A stretch of 64,000 nucleotides of DNA from a virus. The notes beneath the pieces were generated by a model, which was not told the origin of the DNA, made no database searches, and saw nothing but the letters and a program-made list of their open reading frames with translations. Position 1 is the stretch's first letter. Every line of letters begins with the position of its first letter. The DNA lies in the IMG/VR virus record IMGVR_UViG_3300043411_002794, positions 128,195 through 192,194 of that record, one strand, 5' to 3'. This document shows positions 17,337-25,991 of this stretch, in pieces. The translations under genes and the position numbers were made by a program.

Positions 17337-17936
17337 TTAGTAGGTCGTGCCCGGGAGGTGGTAGGTCCAGTACGCGAGCGTACCGATCCGGTTGTGGTTG
17401 AGGTGTTCGCCCGTGGAGACGATACCGCAAACCGCATTGGTGAAGGCAACCACGGCGCCGCCGCCGCTCTTCTGGTTGGTGAGGACGCCGGCGTAATCTT
17501 CGGCCGCTTCGAGCACGCCCTGACGTGCGGTCAACAACTCGTTGACGGCATAGGTCTGGTCCGCGTCGTATTCGGTCGATTCGATTTCGTAGCCGGCCGT
17601 GTGGACCAAGCCCGTCAATTCACCACCCGGCATCACGGCCTTGTGCATGAAGTTACCGGCGTTGGTCGTGCCGGCGTTGTTGACGTCGAAATCGGCCGAG
17701 CCGTTGATGAGGGTCAGCGCCGGACCGGTCGCGTGACAGCCGGGCTTGAAGTAGCTGGTCGGCTTGCCGTTGTCGTCGACATCGACTTCCGCGACGTGGA
17801 CAATGCGTCCCGCCGGGAGATCGAATTCGACGTCGTCGTGGAGCTTGGCCTGGAAGTCGAGGGCGGCCATGTCGAACCAGCCCTTCTTCACGTCGATGCC
17901 ATGCTCGAACATCAGGTCGGGAAGTTTACGTGCCAT
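17337..17936 (-). CDS. Capsid decoration/cement protein (probable)
   Basis: 199 aa beta-rich protein immediately upstream of the MCP; GGAGG RBS. Confidence 0.6.
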   Translation of the reverse strand: MARKLPDLMFEHGIDVKKGWFDMAALDFQAKLHDDVEFDLPAGRIVHVAEVDVDDNGKPTSYFKPGCHATGPALTLINGSADFDVNNAGTTNAGNFMHKAVMPGGELTGLVHTAGYEIESTEYDADQTYAVNELLTARQGVLEAAEDYAGVLTNQKSGGGAVVAFTNAVCGIVSTGEHLNHNRIGTLAYWTYHLPGTTY

Positions 17937-18013
17937 GAGGGTGAACCTCCTTGTTCACAAAATCAAATCAAAACGTGGACGATCGGTACTTGAACGGACG
18001 CAGGGGGCAGGAA

Positions 18014-18415
18014 CTATTCGGACGGTGGGACGAGGCCGAGGCCTACCCACAAACGACGATCGGCTTCCGAGAGTCCGCCGCGTCGCGACGTACCACCGGC
18101 TGCAGCCGTCTTTTCGCTATCGATCGGGGTGCCGAGCGACTGCTTCTCGGCGGTGTTGCGATGCTCGGCAAGCTTGGTCAGGAGCTGGAGCACCTGAACC
18201 GGGTTTTCGAGCACCTTGGCACATTTTTCGGCTTCGGAGGGGTCGATCCGCTCGTGCTTCACGAGGGCGGCGACACACGCCGGGATCAAAGCCTTGCAGT
18301 CAGCGGCTTGCTTCTCCATCGCGGTTTGCGCGGCGGCAGCAAGCTTGACGGCCTGATTCGAAAAGCCGACGAGATCGACGATGTCTCGTTCGATCTCAGG
18401 GGTTGCCGTGGGCAT
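18014..18415 (-). CDS. Hypothetical head protein with KxAA motifs
   Basis: Start MPTATP with GGGAG RBS; KLAA, KQAA, KTAA. Confidence 0.7.
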   Translation of the reverse strand: MPTATPEIERDIVDLVGFSNQAVKLAAAAQTAMEKQAADCKALIPACVAALVKHERIDPSEAEKCAKVLENPVQVLQLLTKLAEHRNTAEKQSLGTPIDSEKTAAAGGTSRRGGLSEADRRLWVGLGLVPPSE

Positions 18416-18492
18416 GTCAAACTCTCCCTGTCTGTAGCAGGCCAAAAATTAAAAGTAACGGAACGGCTTCCTGCCGTAGGCGAGCGGACCCG

Positions 18493-19800
18493 CTAGCTGC
18501 GGATCATCTCGAGGATTTGTCGCTTCATCAGGTCACGCATGGTACGCGCTTCCTTGGTGGCGGCGGCCTTCATTTGAAAGCGACCGCTCAGCATGAAGTT
18601 GCGAGCCAAGCTGGCGACCTTCATCGGATCGCCCATCGGCGGAGCACCCGCCATGGCAGGATCGGCAGCGGGCGGCATCGCGCCCGGACCACCGGCGCCC
18701 GGAGCGCCGCCCAGGCCCATGTCGCCGCCCGGAGGCGGAGCCATTTCGCCACCCGCACCACCGGCACCTTGTCCGGCTTGGGCGAGCATTTCCGGCGTAA
18801 TGCCGAGTTCCATCAGGGCCGCAACGAGTTCTTGCAGGGCGGCTTCGTCGCCGCCTCCGCCCGCACCCGGAGCACCGCCCGGAGCACCGCCGCCCATAGC
18901 ACCGGCTAAGCCGGCCATGTCGGCAGGAGGTCCGGCGTCGCCGGCGGGAGCACCGCCGCCCGCACCCGGAGCACCTTCACCACCACCGGCACCCGATCCG
19001 CCGGCTTCTTCGCCGCCGCCGGGGTTGGTGTGGTCTTCGCCTTCGGCTTCCGCTTCATCGGCGGCGAGCTTTTGGTAGAACCCGCCGAGCAAGTCGGCAC
19101 GTTCGTAGGCTTCGTTGATGCTGTTTTCGATGACGTCCTCGACGAGGCCGACAGCCGCCGTCTTGTCGAGACCGATGCTGGCGGCCAGGTCGTAACCGGC
19201 CAAGATGTTCACCGCGGTTTCGGCGGACGCGGCTGCAGGAGCCGCAGCCGTCTTTGCGGCCGGTGCCGCCGCGGGCTTCGCGGCCGGAGCTGCAGCCGTC
19301 TTGCGGGTGTAGCCCAGCGCGACGTCGGCGAGCAACTTGTTGCCGAGAGCGATGACCTTTTCGCTCGCTTGCTTGAAGTTGGCACTACCGTACTTCTGGC
19401 CGTCTTCGGTCGTGGCCGGATGGCTGGTGCCCGGGTCGTCCTTCTTGTCCTTGTAATTGTCTTCGACCGACGGATCATCGCCCGGCATCGACTGGGACAT
19501 GCCCAGGTTCAGCGAGTTGTCCTTGTCGGCGCCCGGCGATGCGTCGGCGGTGCTGTCGACGCTTAGAGCACCTTGCTGTTTCTTGACGTCGGCGGTGTTT
19601 TCACTCGACCGTTCGCCTTCGGATGCGGCTTGGGCACCGTTGTCGGCGGAAGCCGTCGGGTGCGAACTCGAGCCGCCTTGGTAGCCGGGGTCGGCAGGCG
19701 TCGGTCCAGCAACTTTCGTCTGGCCGGCAGCTGCCTGCTTTTCAGTGATAATCTCGCTGGCCATCGTGCGGAAGGCAGCGAACAGTTCGGTCTTCGCCAT
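18493..19800 (-). CDS. Scaffold-like / internal head protein
   Basis: Disordered acidic Gly/Pro-rich protein between protease and MCP; nine K-x-A-[AS] motifs; AAGGAG RBS before MAKTEL. Confidence 0.65.
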   Translation of the reverse strand: MAKTELFAAFRTMASEIITEKQAAAGQTKVAGPTPADPGYQGGSSSHPTASADNGAQAASEGERSSENTADVKKQQGALSVDSTADASPGADKDNSLNLGMSQSMPGDDPSVEDNYKDKKDDPGTSHPATTEDGQKYGSANFKQASEKVIALGNKLLADVALGYTRKTAAAPAAKPAAAPAAKTAAAPAAASAETAVNILAGYDLAASIGLDKTAAVGLVEDVIENSINEAYERADLLGGFYQKLAADEAEAEGEDHTNPGGGEEAGGSGAGGGEGAPGAGGGAPAGDAGPPADMAGLAGAMGGGAPGGAPGAGGGGDEAALQELVAALMELGITPEMLAQAGQGAGGAGGEMAPPPGGDMGLGGAPGAGGPGAMPPAADPAMAGAPPMGDPMKVASLARNFMLSGRFQMKAAATKEARTMRDLMKRQILEMIRS

Positions 19801-19852
19801 CGTAGCGTCACTCCTTGACTTGGCGTGGCAGCACTTCTCCAGGCACTGCACC

Positions 19853-22447
19853 TCAACGGGCGTGATTGTGCAGTGAAACTCGTTGTGCTGTCAACGGGAA
19901 GTCGTGTGAAGGGTTCGGAATACTTTGCAAGAACGCGAGTTGGTAGAGGCAGTACTGCTTCGCCAACTCTGCAGCCGGTCCGCCGACTGCAGCAAGTTTT
20001 TCGGCCTGCTGCACATCACCTCGCTGGATCCGCTCGTTGCGGAAAGCAGCCAGGTGCAAGCGCCGCGTGAAATGCGGCTCCGCCAAGGAAATGGCGGAAG
20101 CCTGTTTTTCGGCCCAAAAATGCAGATCCTGAGTCGCCGACGGGGCCGGCGAGTAGGGATTTGTTTGGAGCATGCTCGGCAGGTTTTGATCCTGCGTCAT
20201 CCGCGTGAAGGCGCACGGCAAGTAGCACGTGACGACGTCCGCCACGGCGGCCGCTTGCTTCTCGTCGTAGTCGGTGACGAGCCGCACGAAATCGCGCGGC
20301 GTCAGCATGCAGCGGATGTCGGCCAAGGCACGGAGCACTTGAGCAAATTTTTCACGGCCGCCGGGCGGCATGGCGATCGGCGGCTGCACGCTGGCGGCGA
20401 ACGCTAATTTCGCGTTCTCGGCGGACGTGGTTTGTTCCAGGTCGGCCATCCGGAAGGCCAGCTTCAGGAGCTCGGCCGTCTTGGCGGGCAGCTCCTGCTC
20501 GATCATGAGGGTGTACGGGACCGTCAGACCCAAGGCTTCCGCCAACTCGGCGCCGGAGACGACGTGCCCGGCTGAAGCGGCCTTTTGCAGGACGCCGGAA
20601 ACGTAGGCAATGCGATCGGCGGGCCGGAAAACGTGGCTGATGTCGAAGAAGGTCGGCTCGGTGTTGTCGGCATGCAGTTGGTGCGTGTCGCCGTCAACCT
20701 GTACCGTCCGGCCGATGTTCTTGCTGAGGCCGCCTGCCTTGCAGAGACCGCCGTCAGCGACGTCGTGGCAGTACTGGTTACGCGTCGGAGCTTGGTTGCC
20801 GCAGTACGAGCAAACATCGAAGGGTACGCGGCAGTTATGCACGGCTAGGCCGAACGCCGTAAAGCTCTCATCTTCTTCGACGGAAATGTCGTAAACGGGC
20901 GTGCGTTCGACGACCGTGGTTACAGCCTTGACCGGGATCGCCAAGTAGTCACCGGTGATGAACACCGTTGTTTTGCCGGTCTGCGTCGCGCGTACCGCCG
21001 CCTTGGAGCGTCCGGCAAACATGCCGGAGAACCGATTGGAGACGTTGATCGTGTACTCGATTCCGTCGCCGGTCCGCAGCAGGCCGTGCGGTAGGTCGCT
21101 CGTGTGATCGATACGATAGACGGACGCCGGGATACCGATCGACGCAAGCAGCATCTGCAGTTCGATGGAAAGCCCGCGAGAGCACGTACTCCAATGGAGT
21201 CCTTTCCCGTCTTGCCAACCGTCGCCGTTGAACCAGGCGGCAACGAACTCCAGCTTGATGTCAGCCGTCGCGTCGTAGATTTCCTGCGGAATGACCTTGT
21301 TGCGGACGCCGCAACCGACTGCGGCAGTGATCGTCGACGTCAGCGGCTTGTCGTACACCATGACGTTGATCGCTTCGTCCGATGCCGAATGCGGATTTTC
21401 GCTGATCGACGCAGTCGTCAACTGCGGCAGTTCTTCAGGCAACGCGTCGGCCTTGTTGCACGTGTAGCAGAGGTAGCCGTCGCCGGTTCGGGAGCCTTCG
21501 GCGACGTAGTACCCGAGTAGGCGGGCCCGCTTGACGTCGGTCGTAGCGCTGCCGTCGCCGCGATAGATCGGCATCAACAACAAATCGCCGGACGCGAGTT
21601 CGCCGCACGGAAGCCAGCGAGCGCTGGCGTGCAACTGGTCGCGATATTTTTTCCGGAAATTGCGGCTGAAGCCGCTACGGTCCGCCGAGCGGAGCCCATT
21701 ACGCGACTTTGATCGCGGGATGTCTTTCCACCGACCGACGTAGAACTCGTGATCCGGCGTAAATTCCAGGACCTGCCGGCCGTAATACTCCGTTTCGATG
21801 CGTACGAAGCTCGGCTTCTCTCGCTGCATTGCCGCGTAGACCGGACGGTAGCGTCCGCGATGCGTGAGGACCTCGTCGCCAGGTACGATCGCCTCCACCG
21901 GAGTAAAGCCGCGACGGAGTTTGACGAGCGTACCGGCCAGCGCACACGCCATCGAGACGGCGATATCGTCGCCACGGGCCAGCTTTTCCATTTCACGATC
22001 GGCGAGCAGGCCACCATTGCGTTCGGCGGCTTCTTTGGTCGCATTGAGGGCGCAGATCAGCTCCACGCGGCTCATCGGCTCGTGGTAGGCCGAGAGCTTC
22101 ACGATGCCGTAGCTCTTGGACGGATCTTTGTTGAGGTGGTCGCGGTAGAAGCGGCCGTATTTCACGAACGTCGGATGCGTCCGTCGCAGAGCGGCTTCAC
22201 GGAAACCGTCGCCGTTACGGTTCATGCCGAACTTTTCGGTCGAACCGACGGCCAACAGGTGGATCAGCTCTTCGCCGGGATCTCGCGGGATCTTGTCGAG
22301 CTCGTAAAGGAACTGCGCACCGGCACGCTTCTCGAGTAACGAGCGATCGTTCCCGATAAGACGGCCGCGACTGCCGCGCTTGATCAGCGTCGCGACGACG
22401 TCACCGAACTCTTGGGAACCCGGCGTGATGATTTTCAGAATGCTCAT
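19853..22447 (-). CDS. Prohead maturation protease (Ser, assemblin/HK97-type) with intein and CxxC zinc motif
   Basis: RDHLNKD His motif; the spliced junction reads VSMA-CRVPFDVCSYCGN; located upstream of scaffold and MCP. Confidence 0.7.
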   Translation of the reverse strand: MSILKIITPGSQEFGDVVATLIKRGSRGRLIGNDRSLLEKRAGAQFLYELDKIPRDPGEELIHLLAVGSTEKFGMNRNGDGFREAALRRTHPTFVKYGRFYRDHLNKDPSKSYGIVKLSAYHEPMSRVELICALNATKEAAERNGGLLADREMEKLARGDDIAVSMACALAGTLVKLRRGFTPVEAIVPGDEVLTHRGRYRPVYAAMQREKPSFVRIETEYYGRQVLEFTPDHEFYVGRWKDIPRSKSRNGLRSADRSGFSRNFRKKYRDQLHASARWLPCGELASGDLLLMPIYRGDGSATTDVKRARLLGYYVAEGSRTGDGYLCYTCNKADALPEELPQLTTASISENPHSASDEAINVMVYDKPLTSTITAAVGCGVRNKVIPQEIYDATADIKLEFVAAWFNGDGWQDGKGLHWSTCSRGLSIELQMLLASIGIPASVYRIDHTSDLPHGLLRTGDGIEYTINVSNRFSGMFAGRSKAAVRATQTGKTTVFITGDYLAIPVKAVTTVVERTPVYDISVEEDESFTAFGLAVHNCRVPFDVCSYCGNQAPTRNQYCHDVADGGLCKAGGLSKNIGRTVQVDGDTHQLHADNTEPTFFDISHVFRPADRIAYVSGVLQKAASAGHVVSGAELAEALGLTVPYTLMIEQELPAKTAELLKLAFRMADLEQTTSAENAKLAFAASVQPPIAMPPGGREKFAQVLRALADIRCMLTPRDFVRLVTDYDEKQAAAVADVVTCYLPCAFTRMTQDQNLPSMLQTNPYSPAPSATQDLHFWAEKQASAISLAEPHFTRRLHLAAFRNERIQRGDVQQAEKLAAVGGPAAELAKQYCLYQLAFLQSIPNPSHDFPLTAQRVSLHNHAR
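20834..21946 (-). mobile_element. Intein (371 aa) with LAGLIDADG homing endonuclease
   Basis: Block A CALAGTLV; block G AVHN followed by +1 Cys; LAGLIDADG-like LLGYYVAEG and FVAAWFNGDG. Confidence 0.92.
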
Positions 22448-23295
22448 TGTTTAGCGTCCCCGCGTCCTGGCACGAGTCCTTCGTAAGATTGGTGGCCGGC
22501 GGCGGCACCTGCCAGCGTGCCGATCAGTCGCGGCAAAATGAACTTCAGAATGCCGGTCCGTTTTCCGACTGCTGGTAGCGGGGCGCCCTTCGCGGCTACG
22601 GCCTTTACAGCATCCGGCGTAATTTTCGGAGTACCCTTCGGCATATTGATCCAGTGTCGGCCGATGCCTCCGGCACGCGATCCTGCGTACAAACCAACGG
22701 CACCGCCGATCGCCGACATTACGCCTTGCGGCATGGTCGTGTCTGCGATGCTGAGCGCCGTACGTTGCACGGAACCCGGCACGTTCGGATCGTTAGCGAT
22801 GCCGTACCCCAGGCTTTTCACGACATTTGGCGATGTGTCTGCAGCTGCGTCGGCTTGTTCGCCTGTTGCGTGCACTCGCTCCCGTAACGCATCCAGCTTG
22901 GACGGCTGGGCGCCGAGCCCGTTGAAATCTTCTTGGAAGACGGCCGGAGCGGCGGCATTGCCGCTGTTGACGAGGTGCCGCCAGGCCAGCGTACCGCCGC
23001 CACCCAACATGCCGCCCAGCATCGCCTTGTCGAGGATCTTGCTGTAGTTGCGTTCCTTTTCCGGCCGGTTCAGTTCGCTGACGCCACCGGCGATGCCGCC
23101 CGCACCAAGTCCGATGAGAGCGTTACGAAGCGTCTCGGCCGTGACGTTGGGCGTACCGTTCGCGTGGACCGGATTCTGCAACGACGCAAAGATGCCGCCG
23201 CCGGCAAGCTTCGTGAATTCGAGTTGATGCGTGAGCACGGCCGCCGCAGCCTGCGGCGAGTACCGACTATACGCCAGCGCGTCCGAGACTTGCAC
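22444..23295 (-). CDS. Glycine-zipper virion-internal protein (putative)
   Basis: Several GxxxG hydrophobic segments; KLAG motif; ATGA-type overlap with the protease gene. Confidence 0.65.
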   Translation of the reverse strand: MQVSDALAYSRYSPQAAAAVLTHQLEFTKLAGGGIFASLQNPVHANGTPNVTAETLRNALIGLGAGGIAGGVSELNRPEKERNYSKILDKAMLGGMLGGGGTLAWRHLVNSGNAAAPAVFQEDFNGLGAQPSKLDALRERVHATGEQADAAADTSPNVVKSLGYGIANDPNVPGSVQRTALSIADTTMPQGVMSAIGGAVGLYAGSRAGGIGRHWINMPKGTPKITPDAVKAVAAKGAPLPAVGKRTGILKFILPRLIGTLAGAAAGHQSYEGLVPGRGDAKQ

Positions 23296-24595
23296 TGGGC
23301 ACCTCGTTGACTTGTCGCAATTTGTTTTCCGAACCCAGCAGTTGGTCGATGTCGAAGTCCGCCAAGCGACCCTGCTGCAAGTACTTGGCGAGTGCGGCGC
23401 GCATGGCGGCCGGTTGTTCGGACAACCGCGGGGCCATCGTGGTGATCTCGTTGAACCGGCCCATCACCTGGTCCTGCGGATAGCCGCTAATGACGTCGTC
23501 CTCGGTCATCAGATTCTGCAGCATCGACTGCAGGCGGATGTTGCGTAAATCGGCTTCGTGCTGAGGATCCGTGAGATCCTTCAGCACGCTGTTGACGGCA
23601 TCGGTGTTCGGTGCCGACACCGAGTTGGCGATGCTGTCGATGATGTTCTTACCGTAATTCCCGGCCACGTTTTGAGTGAACGGCGAGCCCCAGAAGTTGG
23701 CTCGCTTGACGTCCTCACCCAAGATGGATCGTGTCCGGGGTTCTGCGAAAGGGCGGAGGGCGTCCGCAGCCCGCGCCTCCAGTTCCGGCTGTGCGTGATC
23801 GTAGGCCGCTTGCTTTTCGGCATAGCGATCCAGTTGGGCGAACACTGCCTCCAGCAACGGGAAAGCCCCGCCGCGCGCCGGTCGCAGCAGCTTGTCGGAA
23901 GCCTGCTTGGCCAGGTGCGGGTGAGCCTCGACCAGCATGCCGCAGACCTGCTCGGCCTTGCGGCCGTGCAGCATGGCAGCCTTCTCCCGGAACCAGCCGA
24001 AAGGCACGGCGCCGGTGGTCATGAAGTACTGGCCCAGGTCGTCCATCCGGGCGAGCAGCCGATCGTAAGCCGCCGACTTTTCGCGGCGAACCTCATCCAG
24101 CTCGCGCTTGGCTCGCTCGGCCGTCGCGTAAGCCTTGCGAATGCTGAACTCTTCGTCGGCCGGCAGCGGAGCCGGTTTCGGGCACAACGGCGGCAGCGTA
24201 ACGGTCGCGGCTGCTCGCTTCTCTTCGTCGGCCGCTTTGTGGGCGAGAATCGTGGCCGGTCGCAGCATGTAATCCGGCGAGAGAACGCACTCCCGTCGCA
24301 ACTGGGCAGCGGTCTTCGGTTGCGTCGGGTAGATGGTCTCCAACACGACGGCCGGATCCACGAGCGGGAAATCGGCAGCCTTTTCGAAGACGTCCGTACC
24401 GGCCATCCGGTGGTGCGTTGTTTGCCCAGTGTTATACGCGCGGGCCAACATACTGATTTCGCCGGGACGCAGTTGGGCGGCAGTCGCCACCTTGATGACC
24501 GCGTCCGTCGGCGTGAGCCCGTCACCGACCAGCTCAGCGGTCTTTTCGACCGCCGCTAGCATTCGGGCCTCGGCATCCGTGCCAAGTGGTTTCAT
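23267..24595 (-). CDS. Hypothetical helical head protein rich in KxA motifs
   Basis: 442 aa; KTAE, KTAA, KRAA, KQAS, KQAA. Confidence 0.75.
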   Translation of the reverse strand: MKPLGTDAEARMLAAVEKTAELVGDGLTPTDAVIKVATAAQLRPGEISMLARAYNTGQTTHHRMAGTDVFEKAADFPLVDPAVVLETIYPTQPKTAAQLRRECVLSPDYMLRPATILAHKAADEEKRAAATVTLPPLCPKPAPLPADEEFSIRKAYATAERAKRELDEVRREKSAAYDRLLARMDDLGQYFMTTGAVPFGWFREKAAMLHGRKAEQVCGMLVEAHPHLAKQASDKLLRPARGGAFPLLEAVFAQLDRYAEKQAAYDHAQPELEARAADALRPFAEPRTRSILGEDVKRANFWGSPFTQNVAGNYGKNIIDSIANSVSAPNTDAVNSVLKDLTDPQHEADLRNIRLQSMLQNLMTEDDVISGYPQDQVMGRFNEITTMAPRLSEQPAAMRAALAKYLQQGRLADFDIDQLLGSENKLRQVNEVPSASLGRAGV

Positions 24596-25563
24596 TGTGA
24601 CACTTGCTCCTCTGCGTTCTCGGTCGTCGGTTTCGTATGCTCAGGGAACGTCGTAGCCAACAACGCCTCTCGTTCCTTCAACTCTTCGCCGGTTCCGATC
24701 AACAACAATTGATCGACCGTCAGTTCGACGGCCGACACATCGTAGTCGTAAGCCGGACCCGCCGGCGGCCCCGCCACGCCTGCCCGTTTCCACGGCAGCG
24801 ACGTGAGGATGGTGTTGAGGTCCGAGATAACTTGATCTTGTACCTTGCCGGCCGATTCCGTGGTACGCTCGATTTCGACGAATTTTACGAATGTTGCCAG
24901 CAAATCGAGCTGCGTGTTCGTGTTGACGTCGACCGTCATGGCGGCCAAGGCGGCCTTTTTCTTGATCGTACTGAGGGCGGCTTCTTGGAAGAAGCTGGGG
25001 ACGTGCTCTGGGTTGTTCACCCAGTTCGGCGTCGTCAACTTGCTCATAGCCGCGTCCAGCACGTGCGGGCCGCCGGCGTAGCCGAGCAGCTTCCAAATCA
25101 TGCTGTAATTGCGTTCGCGGACGATCTCCTGCGTCTTATGGCCGAAAATCACCGAATTGACGTAGTCTTTGCGGTTCAAGTTCTCCCGCACGTCGAAAAA
25201 CAGGGCCTCGTAGGCGTGCACGATTTCGACAGCACAATTGCTGTAAAAGCCGATGTTCGTCGGGGTGTCGCGGGCCATTACCCGGGCCTCGATGATCGCC
25301 TTCGCCGGGTGCTCCTGCTCCATGTACGCCCAGTGGGCCCAGAACAGGTCCGGCTCGTCCATCGCCAGCGACATCCGACTGAAGTCGTCCTGACAGGTGA
25401 TGTACGCTTCCAGGTACGCAACCGTGCGATTGATCCACTTGTAGCCGTCCTTGCCGTCGCGACGTGCCGTCGTTCCCGGTTGGCGGCCTTCCACGATTCC
25501 CAGCGCGCGGCCCCAGCGCCAGTGCGGGGCACGCCACGGATTTGAACGGGCAAACTGCAGCAT
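24592..25563 (-). CDS. Hypothetical protein (possible HTH-like segment)
   Basis: 323 aa; IIEARVMA...VHAYEALFFDV segment; ATGA overlap downstream. Confidence 0.7.
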   Translation of the reverse strand: MLQFARSNPWRAPHWRWGRALGIVEGRQPGTTARRDGKDGYKWINRTVAYLEAYITCQDDFSRMSLAMDEPDLFWAHWAYMEQEHPAKAIIEARVMARDTPTNIGFYSNCAVEIVHAYEALFFDVRENLNRKDYVNSVIFGHKTQEIVRERNYSMIWKLLGYAGGPHVLDAAMSKLTTPNWVNNPEHVPSFFQEAALSTIKKKAALAAMTVDVNTNTQLDLLATFVKFVEIERTTESAGKVQDQVISDLNTILTSLPWKRAGVAGPPAGPAYDYDVSAVELTVDQLLLIGTGEELKEREALLATTFPEHTKPTTENAEEQVSQ

Positions 25564-25567
25564 AGCT

Positions 25568-25585
25568 GGGTTTCTAATTACCGAA
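25568..25585. promoter_or_regulatory. GGGTTTCTAATTACCGAA motif (copy 2)
   Basis: Exact 18-bp reverse complement of 41672..41689; fills a 22-bp intergenic gap. Confidence 0.55.
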
Positions 25586-25978
25586 TTAGAACTGCGGCGG
25601 AGCCATCGTCAGCGACAAGCTGATCGTTTTACTGCCGGTGCCAGTGGCGACGACGCGGGCGTAGAGCTTACGCACGTGATTGCACGCGTCGCCTTCGGTG
25701 TTTTTGTATTCGGTGAAAATGTCCCCGCTGGCAAACGTGTTGCCGGACAGGGTGAACTCTTTGATGAGCTTCATCATGTCGGGGTTGGCGGCGTCGACTT
25801 CGGCAGAGAACAGTTGCAGCGTCCCACCGACGCCGGACGCCCCGTCGCCGTTGACAATTACGGCGTTGAGCCGACGCAAGATCCCGCGATGCGGGTAGCC
25901 GAGCGTATGCACCGACGCCGTGCCGCCGACAATCGCGATGTCGTCAAACTGACGGGTGTAAGGAGCAGCACAGCTCAC
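25586..25978 (-). CDS. Small beta-sandwich structural protein (putative)
   Basis: 130 aa with alternating beta pattern; AGGAG RBS. Confidence 0.65.
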   Translation of the reverse strand: MSCAAPYTRQFDDIAIVGGTASVHTLGYPHRGILRRLNAVIVNGDGASGVGGTLQLFSAEVDAANPDMMKLIKEFTLSGNTFASGDIFTEYKNTEGDACNHVRKLYARVVATGTGSKTISLSLTMAPPQF

Positions 25979-25991
25979 GATAAACTCCTAA

